Below, piece by piece: positions 12,058 through 22,628 of a DNA stretch of 40,479 nt (positions within the stretch are counted from its first letter, which is position 1; every line of letters starts with the position of its first letter). The stretch lies in assembly GCA_021432655.1 (NCBI GenBank), contig MU271603.1:1-40479 (forward strand). Direction: 5' to 3'. A program made the position numbers and the translations under genes. Source of the stretch: Atractiella rhizophila. Its lineage: Eukaryota. The notes under the pieces were generated by a model. It was given only the letters and a program-made list of their open reading frames with translations. It was not told the DNA's origin and made no database searches.

Positions 12058-13614
12058 ATGGCTTCGAATGACCAATTAACCCCAGCGTCTCCAGCGACTG
12101 CCTTGCGACGGCCTACTTTCGGTCACCTGCCTCCTGAGCTCGTGAGCTGCATCGTCCTACAATTATGCCAAGATGAATCGCTCTCAACCCACTATCTCCT
12201 CACCCTCAGCGTCTCACGCTACCTTCACCGTTGTCTACACCAATACGCACTGTGCAGGCCGATTTTGGTAAACATCTTCATGGGCAGTTGGTTCATATCG
12301 CATCCGAATGCCTGCGAAAAACTCAGGTTTCTAAAAATTTGGCCACAGAATAGTCGAGAGGCACAATTATTTGGGGACCTCCTGAATTTATCGCGGAATA
12401 TAAAGGCTCTCGAGATGTCATGGGATCCGAAATGGCCTCACGAATACATACTGGAGTTGCCAAAACACCTGCAGCACACGCTTATTACGCTTTCTCTGAA
12501 TATGTGCCCTGGAGTTGATGGAGAGGCGACGACACGATCTTTCGAGAAACTCTTTGAGACGCTACAGCACTGCAAGGAACTCAAGAACTTATATATTGAT
12601 TCGGAAGCCGTTGATTCCGAAGACGTGAAGCTTCCCAGCAATGGGAAACTGGAAGCTCAACTTCGCACGTTCAGTTTGAATACTTCGCCCTCGCCGTCGT
12701 TCACCAGTTATTTCTCTAATAACGTCGGCTGCCTCGTCAGTATATCTCTAACAGAAGATTCATTCGATTTCGACCCTGGGAACGAATACCTTGGAGGCGA
12801 AGAGTTACGAAATTTTGTTAACGCTTGTGCCAAAACTCTCGAAGCGTTGGAACTTTGGGTCAGCTGCTGTACAAACCTAACAGAGATGCCACGGCTGCGC
12901 TGGCTCAAATTACGATACATCGGTCCTAAAGCCGCCGGAAACTTTCACGACATCGTCCCTGCCATCAAACGTTCAACAAAGCTGGCTTATATCGCTCTTC
13001 ATATGCTAGAACCCGGAATTAATTGGAGTGATGAAAGTCCACTGCTGGGAGTCGAAAGTGCGTCTTTCGACGAGTGCAGCAAGGTCCTACAATACTTCGA
13101 GTCTTACTTCGCTCCAAATAACATTCGCTCTCTTGCCCTCACAGACGTCGACGAGACTGAAGCGAGCGAATGTATCACCCTTCTACGTCCCCATCTTCGC
13201 CATCTTAAGATCGACTATCTCACAGCCTCCATATGCGCTGCCATTGCGACCTGCATCTATCTATTGGCCGTAGAATTTGAGTCAATGGCCCCACGATTTT
13301 TCGACGTCCTTGACTCCCACCCTGGAGAATGGGAACTGGTGCGATACATCTTCTTGGAATGTGGTTACATCAGTGAAACAGCCTTCAAGCATTTACTTGG
13401 CGCGCAGAAGAACGGACTTTTTCCCTCTTTAAAAGGCATCTATTCGTGGCAGGAGGATTTGGAGGAATTTTGTGAGAAGATCGAAGCAAGGGACTTTGAA
13501 TTTTCAAGTTGCGAAAAAAGGTATCAGCATTGGATGAAAGAAGTGCAGTCTCGTTTGAGGTTTACGTTTACTGAACCGATGTTTGGTGCTGAGGACTTCC
13601 TTGCTGGATTTTAG
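12058..13614 (+). CDS. Intronless 518-aa F-box-like / LRR (RNI-like) protein of unknown function
   Basis: Long uninterrupted ORF with N-terminal FGHLPPELVSCIV (F-box-like) and repeated LxxLxL patterns (LKNLYID, LEALELW, LRWLKLR, IRSLALT, LRHLKID). Confidence 0.65.
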   Translation: MASNDQLTPASPATALRRPTFGHLPPELVSCIVLQLCQDESLSTHYLLTLSVSRYLHRCLHQYALCRPILVNIFMGSWFISHPNACEKLRFLKIWPQNSREAQLFGDLLNLSRNIKALEMSWDPKWPHEYILELPKHLQHTLITLSLNMCPGVDGEATTRSFEKLFETLQHCKELKNLYIDSEAVDSEDVKLPSNGKLEAQLRTFSLNTSPSPSFTSYFSNNVGCLVSISLTEDSFDFDPGNEYLGGEELRNFVNACAKTLEALELWVSCCTNLTEMPRLRWLKLRYIGPKAAGNFHDIVPAIKRSTKLAYIALHMLEPGINWSDESPLLGVESASFDECSKVLQYFESYFAPNNIRSLALTDVDETEASECITLLRPHLRHLKIDYLTASICAAIATCIYLLAVEFESMAPRFFDVLDSHPGEWELVRYIFLECGYISETAFKHLLGAQKNGLFPSLKGIYSWQEDLEEFCEKIEARDFEFSSCEKRYQHWMKEVQSRLRFTFTEPMFGAEDFLAGF

Positions 13615-13737
13615 TGTATGGATCAAGTTGGAAATTTTGGACGGAGGTGCAATTGTAACATTCAAAACTGGTCACAACAATAAAGGCAAAGTGATTGTTT
13701 GCATCTCTCCGAACGCCAAACAACTGGCAGATGTTGG

Positions 13738-16458
13738 TCACCGGAAGTTGAGCTGGCAATCAGGTTAGCAGATTGCACGGTATCAGAAAGGCACAAACCT
13801 TGATGAGAAAGAAAAGCATGTCCATCAGAACGTGTACAGCAGTCCAAACGCAACTTGTCACAAGTTCAGGGTACTCCCGAAACTCATTCAGTCCAAGCTA
13901 CCAAACTCGTTCACGTCCATCACCCTTAAATTAATAGGACACGCACATTCGTGACATCCACCTTGAAGCTCCACCAACACAGCTGTCGGGCAATAAAACT
14001 GCTGGTCAACTCGATCGTCCAGATAACCAGCGAAGCGACAGCTGTCAGCCTGTAGTTGTATGGATCGCCTTCAGTTTCGAAAGCGAAGAAGGGGTATATC
14101 TGTCGGTTCGGACCGTAATGCAGGATGGTGAGCCAACCAAGGAAAGAGAACATGGTGACATTCTCAGATAGATTCCGAAGGTATAAGACTGTGAATATGT
14201 CAGCAGAGATTGTCTGAAATGTGATGAACTAGCCTTGGCCCATCATTTCCCGATGTTGCTCTAACGTCTTTTCGTAACCCACGAGCAATTTGAGCGCGGC
14301 GTAGGAAAGGCTCGTCATGCTGAAGGGATAGAAGAAAATGACCCAAGCTGATGAGGCGAGCTGGATGGAAAGGTACTGCGCTTGCACTGCTCAGCATCAA
14401 TCACAGCCGTTTTGAGGAACATACTTGATCAGGGGAACGCAAGCGCGCGAACAAATTACGGTAAAAGATAAAGTAGACACTACTTTTCGTTTAGTACGAT
14501 CAATGGCAAATTGCCGACTCACAGAAAGTAGTAATACTGGACAGGAAGGTGAGCAACACGAGCAGAAATGAAGTGGACCACGTACACGAAATACGAAGAC
14601 AAGTGCGCGACTCCGAATCTTTTCCTCCATCACCCATCCGCTGATCCCGCTTAAAACTTGAACAGTTCCTACCCAGCTCCAAACATACACAAGACCATCC
14701 AAACTGGAGTGCGGCAATGTTGAGAGGTATATTGCTGCGTAGCCCTGACCGGCAAGTAAAGAAAAGAGGGCGAGCGAGATCGAAAACAAGAACCACAAGA
14801 AGCGAATATAACTTCGAGGTATCCGTCTCGTTAGCTGTAAGCTCAAGAACCTCGGGAAATTCATGTAAGCTTTAAGACTAGAGAATGGCAGAAGCCTACG
14901 ATTTTTGCACCTCTGTCAGGGAGTGTCTGTAATTCTGCCGTCGTCCTCTTCTCAACTTGGCAAAGCACGTCAATGCTGGACCCATCATCACACAAAACGT
15001 AAGGGCGACCCATAGCGTTTTGCGCTCCCAATCTACATCCGTCTGATCTGATCCATGTTTGTGATGTCGCCGTCGTATGCGGAAGACGTCGAATTGATGG
15101 AGAAGGAGTCCAACGAGAATGCCGGTGAACCAATAGACAGAGAAGGAAAGCTTTCCGCCCAGTCGTGATGGCCACCAATTTAAGCGGTAGAGGTCGAAAA
15201 GTTTGGTGACAAAGATAAGAGCCACTGCGAGATATAGGCCGTAGTAGACGACTTCAAAAACTTTTTTAGCCTGGACGGTAGGAACTTTGGAAACTCACAG
15301 AGAAAGAAGTAAAAATTAGCATCCACGGGGAGATCCTCGTCATTATCATCATCGTCCACTCGTTGATTAGGCTCGTCCGGTATGGAGGCGGAGGTATTAA
15401 TGTTACTACTATCTTGAAGTCCAAAATCTATGAAAACGACTTGCTGCTGATCTTGATCTTGATGATACAACTCGGAATGTTGAATGTAATGAATGAGGGA
15501 GTCTTCTGCTTCTCCAACGTTATCGTGTCGATGCTTTGGTGCTCCGCCCCACCAACTTGAGTTCCCACCTGGCCATGGCCATGGGAGATCGGGTATCGAA
15601 GGTGTTGCCGAGTAGGGATCGGAAACTGGAAATGGGATTGCGCACCAGATCCAGACCTGCAGAGTGTCGTTAGATTACTTCGACTGTGACGGGGTCAGCA
15701 AGCAACGTTTTAAGTTGTTGCTTGTGAAATAGTGCACCGCAGGGAACGCAAACGGGTTAGACAATTCTTCACTTTGATTAATAAAGGAGTTAATTCACAC
15801 TTCAAAGGAGGCGGATTTGCTGAACGATTAATCCCGTCAAGGGTAATGATTTGGACGAGCACCATAGATGCTCTTTCGAAGCTAGGACAAACTGATCTTG
15901 TGAAGACCTGACGACGATAGTGATGTAGTGCGGCATTGAGGAAATTATGTACAGACGACAGACCAAACATAGAGAGGCTTTGGGGACCAGCTCAGGCAAC
16001 AGTGGCAGCGTTTATCTGGTGATTATCCTATGCATAGAAAAGGTTTGTTTGCTTTTGATTGCAAAGCAGTGAATGATTTTCGTGGGACGGTAAACCACAA
16101 TCTCCTCGCCTTCATCTTTCCAAAGGCTTCGTAAATAGGCGAATGCACGACTCACCAATAAACTAGGTGCGCCAACAAGCACGCTCCACCGCCTGACCCA
16201 ACTATCCAGCCACCTCTCCACCAGCTCCTTGCTTGGTCTCAGCCCTAGCACAAGCCATCCGGTCTCTGTGTTTCCCTCTTCCTCCGCCTGCTGCCGGTTG
16301 GGAGGAGTTCGAGGGGGGGAGCGTAGCCGTGCCCGTGGATTTGGCGGATCTGCACGCATTCCAATCAGATGAGCGTAACTGAGGTATCAAGGAAGTCACT
16401 TGCCATCCCATCCTGCGCCGTCTGAGTGTGTTGCGCCGCGCTGGAGGGGCTGGAACAT
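13738..16458 (-). CDS. Uncharacterised fungal multi-pass membrane protein, multi-exon
   Basis: Spliced reading: ...ERWLDSWVRRWSVLVGAPSLL|VWIWCAIPFP...DANFYFFL...YYGLYLAVALIFVTKLFDLYRLNWWP...AAIYLSTLPHSSLDG...LHYGPNRQIYPFFAF...LGLNEFREYPEL...LIK|LNFR*. The start at ATG 16458 requires a GC-AG intron (16403-16350). An alternative start is ATG 16359. Confidence 0.75.
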
Positions 16459-16724
16459 TGTTTATGGACTGCACATTGACATTGACTGAACAGCTGAAAG
16501 AAGGGACAAGCGCAGTAAAGTCAATCTGGGAACAAACTAAGCCCCCCAGCATGGCGAGAGATGAGGGGCCCGTGGCGAAACGACAAAAACGACGATTAGT
16601 AAAGAATCTTTCATCTTCCCCCTTGCGCCAATTCGTCCACCTTGAAACTCCCTCAGCTTTTCTTCCCGCATCTCTTCCCGCATTGGGGGAGGAACTTCCA
16701 AAAAACGGTTACACAATTGAAGGA

Positions 16725-19700
16725 ATGATGGATTACGACGACCTACCCTCCTCATCTGCAGTGCGCGGAGACGACCCAACATACTCTGACGAGGTTGGCG
16801 CGTCCATGCAGCCTCTAGACTCGCATGACCACCCGGATGCTGGGTTGACCTTGAGTGGGATTTCAGGTATGGAAGGCATTGAAGAAGCCGGGGAAGAAGA
16901 AGAGGAAGAGGAAGGAGACGATGCTATGAAGGACAGCAGTGAAGAGGAAGAGGAGGACGAGGAAGCTGAAGAAGAGGTGCGAAGGGGATTCATTGTCGAT
17001 TCGGATGATGAGGAGGAACGAAGGAGGCGGAAGAGGAGAAAGAAGAAGCATAGAAAACACCGCGAGCGTGAAGAAGGAGGAGAGGATGAGGGAATGGCTG
17101 GTTTGGGAGAGTTGGACGTGGATGACCTTGATCTTCTGGAGGAGAACACGGGACGGCCACTGGAAGGAAGGAAGCGATTGAGGAGGTTTGGCGAAGAGGA
17201 CGGAGAGAGGGAGGACCTCTACCACATGTTTGATGAGCCTGGAGGAAGAGGTGACGAAGAAGAGAGGGGAGGGAGGAGAATGCCATGGGGTAGAGAGGAC
17301 GAAATGGCGGACTTCATTGAGGAGGACTTTGAAGATGAGGACGGTGAGGAGAGGAGATATGCTGGAGATGAGGCGGAGGACAGACCGGTTTATTCTCAGG
17401 CAAGGAAGGGAAAGAAGAAAAGAACGACAATGGAAGCGTTCAGTGGAGCCAATTTTGAGACATTGGGGGATGAATTGGACCAAGAGTGCGTTCTTTTCTG
17501 ACATTTCCGTTATTATGGTTGGCCGCTGAGATGTCTCTTTGTAACAGTACCTGGAATGAAATACAAGAAGTCTTTGGAACGGGTGACGACTATGCTTGGG
17601 CCCTAGAAGGAGATGATGAGCCAGCGCTCACCTCCACCCAACCTCTCGGCCTTAAGGACATCTTCGAGCCTTCCCAAATCGCCTCTCGTCTACTAACGGA
17701 CGAGGACGAATACATCCGGTCTTTCGACGTCCCGGAACGAATGCAACTCGCCTTCTCCTCCCTCGCCTCCACCCTCTCCCATCGTCTTCTTGCCAGTCTC
17801 CTCAAGCCATGGGATGACGAAGAGGAGATTGAACGGTGTGTCAACTGGATGGCACCGCGTATCTCCCCTCGAACAAACCAGGAATTTGTGCGGGCCGACA
17901 GAGAGGGAAAGAGACCCGTTTTCGAGAGAGAATATAGGGAATGTCTCAAGAAGTGTGTCGAGTTCTTCCATCGCGAATTTTGGGAGGTCCCTTTCGTGTG
18001 GACGCATCGGAAAGACTATCTCGTCCCGCATAGGAAAGATAGGAATAAGGTGGAGGAGCACAAGTTTCGAATGAGGAGGGATAGGGTGGCGGAGGTGAGA
18101 GAGCATAAGGATGAGGCATCAATAGATATGGAGACGGACAAGATTGAGAAGGCGCTCGAAGGTCAAACGTTCTTCATTGACCAGATGGAACTCTGGACGG
18201 CGAATGCCCTCAGTGCTAGGTTTAGGGCCATGTTGGAAAGGAAGCATGGTGTGAAGAAGACGTTGGGAAAGTTGCTCAGGCAGAGGGAAGAGTCGAGGCC
18301 GAAGAAACTCGAAGACGCTCTGGAGATGCTCAAGCTCGAAAAGAGGCAAGAAGTGGGGGAGTACGAGATTATGGAGGAGGAGATCGATCGGTCGCGGATT
18401 CCTGAGCATCTTACCGTCCCAACGGGGGAGACGGATCCGTACTTTGACCAGATATGGCGAGATATAGAGACGGTGGAGGAGGTGAATGATTTGAGCGAAT
18501 GGATGAACTGGAAGTACAAGGAGGAAATGGAGGAACTGAAGATGAAGAGGGAATATGGGCTAGAGCCGAGGGATGAAGAAGACGAGGAGAGAGAGAAAGA
18601 AGCAGGTGGGGGGTTCAAGAAACCTGTCAGAGAGACATGGTATGAAAGGACTAGGAAGAGCGCCGTCTTCGAATTCGGACAGGTTTGTTCCTTTACACTA
18701 TCAAGATTCATTGCTGACTTGAACGCGGCATGTAGACCATAGGACTTCCTCCTTCAGACCTCGCAAACGCTTTCGTCAATCGAGGTTCGAACGATGCTAA
18801 CGTCCCAGACTTCGACCAAATGCCTCTCGAATACGCGTCTAGGTTCGTACGCGCAAATTCGGAGTGGACGAGGGAGGATCATATTCTTGACGGTCTGTCC
18901 TTGATCTTTGTAATACTTGGGAAGTTGTTCAGAAGAACTATGTAGGCGCAAAGATGGTCGCTGCCACCGACATTGGACACGACCCTCAACTCAGACGCGC
19001 TGTGAGGAGGATGTTCATGGAGAACGGAACGGTCACTGTCAAACCGACGGAGAAAGGGATGAGTAAGATCGATGATATGCATCCCTACTACGTTCGCATT
19101 CTTCCTCGCCGATTTTCATGCGTGCTAATGATCAAATGAATGTTGCAGGAGTTCAAGTACCTGAAAGCCAAGCCTGTTCACCTCCTCTGTCAAAGCCATC
19201 AGTTCCTCAACATCCTTGCAGCCGAATTCGACGGCCTCGTCACGATTGACATCAACGTCGAGTCCCGCGCGGTTAACGAGTTTAGAAGTCGCACGAAGGA
19301 TGCATACCTTTCGAAGACGCAGACAAGGGTCTCCGAAGCCTGGAACTCCTTGAGAGAAGAAATCATCGAGGAGGCGATACAGAAGCACCTTTTCCCAGTT
19401 GGCGTAACTTGGACGAGGAATTGGCTGAGGGAGGAAGAGGAAGAGTTCGTCGGCAACAAGTGTGCTGTCTCCTTGCAGAATGTTTGTCGTCCTCGTATTT
19501 CTTACCCTTGGAGCCTCAAATTGACATTGTGTGCAGACTATCTCAATGGCTCCCTACTGGAACAAGTCCGTTGGCAAACCTTTTGGCAGCACACCGGATA
19601 TCATTGCCGTCTCCCATGGCCACGGTGATCCGAAGCACGACCTTGTATGGGCGGTCCATCTCGACTCCAGCGGTCGATACGTCCGTCACCTCAAGCTGGA

Positions 19701-22381
19701 GAATCTTCGAGATCCCGAAAACAGGGAAAAGTTCAAGAGCTTCATCTTGGAGTTCAAATCCACTCTTTCAGCCATCGTCGTGGGAGGATTTACACCTTCT
19801 ACAGCGAAGCTAATGGGAGACGTCAAGATTATCACTGGGGCGGCAGCCGACGAGCTCAAAGCGGATATTCATTACGAGGACGCTCTTAACGATACCGCCA
19901 GAAGTGCAAAAGCCGCTTTCGATTGTCTCTATATTCAAGACGACGTCGCAAGGATCTATCATGTCTCTCAACGTGCAGCGGAGGAGTTCCCATCATTGCC
20001 TCCGATTTTCAGGTATTGCGTCGGCCTTGCGAGGTATGCTCAGAGCCCAATCAACGAGTATGCGGCGTTGGGGAAGGATATGACCGCTGTTACTTATGAT
20101 CCATGGCAGAAACTGGTTCGTCCTGACTTTCCTCCTGATGGCATTAATATATATTGTGTCATAGTTGTCAAGAGAAAAGGTCATGAACTTTCTGGAAAGA
20201 GCGATGATCAACGTCATGAATCTTGTTGGCATCGATATCAATAAAGCGGTTCACAACAACTACTACGCCACTCTCCTTCAGTACATATGCGGATTAGGGC
20301 CGCGGAAAGGTCAAGCCCTCATCAGCAAAATTTCATCGAAGCTGGTACGCTGTATGGCTTGCGTACGCTTACAATATACTTACCAGAAGAAATTACAGGG
20401 AGGCCACGTTGTGTCCAGGCATCAACTTATCCAAACGGAAGTCCTTACTCCTGGAGTATGGATGAACTGTGCCTCTTTCCTCGAGATCCCCCTTTCCAAC
20501 GCACCCGACATTACCGCTCATGCAGAAGGAGTCGTCGAGGATGCTTTGGACGGCACACGCATTCACAACGAAGACTACGATATCGCGAGGAAGATGGCGG
20601 CGGACGCGATGGAGATGGACGAAGAGGAAGTGAGGGATATTGCGGAGAATCCTTCAAAGTACGTGAGGGATTTGATGCAGATCAAGGACAAGGCGAGGCG
20701 ACTGGAAGAGCTGAGTCTGGACGACTTTTCGGATCAGCTACAGTCGATTATGGGCGTACCGAAGAGGAGCTCTGTACACATGATCAGGGAGGAGATCCAA
20801 GATCCATATGGGGAAAAGAGGTCACCTTTTAATCCACCTCAAGCGCGGGATGTTTTCACAATGCTCACTGGAGAGACCCGCGCAACTCTGGATCACGGTC
20901 TCATTATCCCCGTTGTAGTCACCAAGTTTCGTCCCGACGAGGGTGTCAACGTCCGCCTGGATTCCGGTGTCGAGGGTGTTGTCTTCTCACAACACTTGTC
21001 TGATACTCCGACGAAAGCAGCAGAGGTCTTCCATATCGGTCAGACAGTGCAAGGAATGGTCATTGCCGTCAACCATCAGCAATTCAGCGTCGAGCTTTCC
21101 TGCCAAAATTCCGCTCTCGCTACAGGTGATGCAGACTTCCGACGTGTAGCGGTGGACGTGTACTATGACCTCGATGCCGCGGACCAAGACAAAATGGCAA
21201 TGGAGCGGAAGGCCAAAAGGAAATCCAACAAGCTAAGGAGAGTCGTTCAGCATCCCAACTTTCATAACTTCAACGCCGGTCAAGCGGAGCAGCACCTTGC
21301 TGGACGGCCCAGAGGCGATTGTGTCATTCGTCCTAGCTCAAGAGGCATGGATCATTTAGCTCTGACTTGGAAGGTTGATGAAGGAGTCTATCAACATCTT
21401 GGTTCGTTCTCTTCAGCAACCTCTTTCATTTGCTCACGTCTAGTTTTAGACATTTTAGAACTTGACAAGCCCAATGAAGCCTCCCTTGGGCGTACCCTGC
21501 GTGTCGGCGGAAAGTACTCGTACTCAGATCTCGACGAGTTGATCTTCTCGCACGTAAAGGCCATGGCAAGGAAGGTGGAGGAAATGATGAACTCTGAAAA
21601 GTACAAAGGATCTGAGCAGGAACTGAGTGCGTTTTAACCTTGTCCGCTGCCGTTTTTGTGAGTTAGCATGGGCAGATACCTTTCTTACAAACTACGTCAT
21701 GGCGAATCCTGACAAAAGCATCTACGCTTTTGGCATTGACAAACGGAATCCTGGTCAATTTCTCTGTTCATTCAAAGCTAACTCTAGTAGTCCTATCCAG
21801 AGTTGGGTATGTCTCTTCCTGTACTTTCCTGGTTGTGGCTAACATTCTCTCAGTCTGTCAAACTGGTTCCAGGGGCTTTCGTGCTTCAAGACAAGTTTTC
21901 GGACCCTCTACCAGACATGGTTATGTTGGTGCGTCACTATTGGATCAGTATACCGTTTCATTGACCTTCAGGTCAGTGCAACGCATTCAAAACCCGATAC
22001 ACCGTCATGGGCCAACAGGCTCGAGCTGCTCCAGCACGCACCCAACCAACTCCCTATCACCAATCATCGCGAACTCCCAATCCATACGCCGCTCAAACCC
22101 CTATGCACCCGTCACGAACCCCAAATCCTTATGCCGCTCCTTCAGCTGGGTCCCACACGCCACATTACGGCGCTCCGACACCTCGAGTGCCACCTGTGGG
22201 CACTGTATATGCAACTACGCCTCATTATGGCGCTCCCACGCCTGTGTGGCCTCCACCTGGATCGCAGACTCCCAACTTCCCATATCAACAACCAGGCCCG
22301 CAGCATGCAGGGTGGGGCGGAACCACGCCTGGTGGGCCTGGTGGCGGCGCGCTGCAGCAGCAGAGTTATGGATATCGTTAA
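16725..22381 (+). CDS. SPT6: Transcription elongation factor / histone chaperone Spt6, multi-exon
   Basis: Acidic N-terminus (ELDVDDLDLLEENTG), DIFEPSQIASRLLTDEDEYIRSFDVPERMQL, YqgF region (ARYAQSPINEYA), HhH GLGPRKG, LDGTRIHNEDYDIARKMAADA, S1 domain and tandem SH2 (HPNFHNFN...IRPSSRGMDHLALTWKV). The start is uncertain (16725/16728, or 16551). Confidence 0.95.
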
Positions 22382-22628
22382 TTGTGATTGCATCTTTCTT
22401 GAAATCCTCCGAAAATGTACTACTTCTGTTTATGGTTGAAGGTAGTAAATAAAAGCCCACAGCAGCACGGTGAGATAATGAGTGCTAATGACGAGCAGCC
22501 TTCATCTGGTGTGCCATAATATTATTTGCCCCTTATTTTGCATGTTAATCTGTAATCTGCACCATGACCGTCAAACACGGCATCCGGTCCGCCTTACTCC
22601 TGTTTCGATTTCAAGGCAAACGGCAAAC

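Noticed and set aside
15946..15953. Perfect Pumilio element TGTACATA on the minus strand in the 499-nt intron
   Set aside because: A few such 8-mers are expected by chance in 40 kb. It is intronic and has no other support.
16733..18711. Long Ser/Phe/Leu-rich minus-strand ORFs
   Set aside because: Antisense shadows of the purine-rich acidic Spt6 coding sequence.
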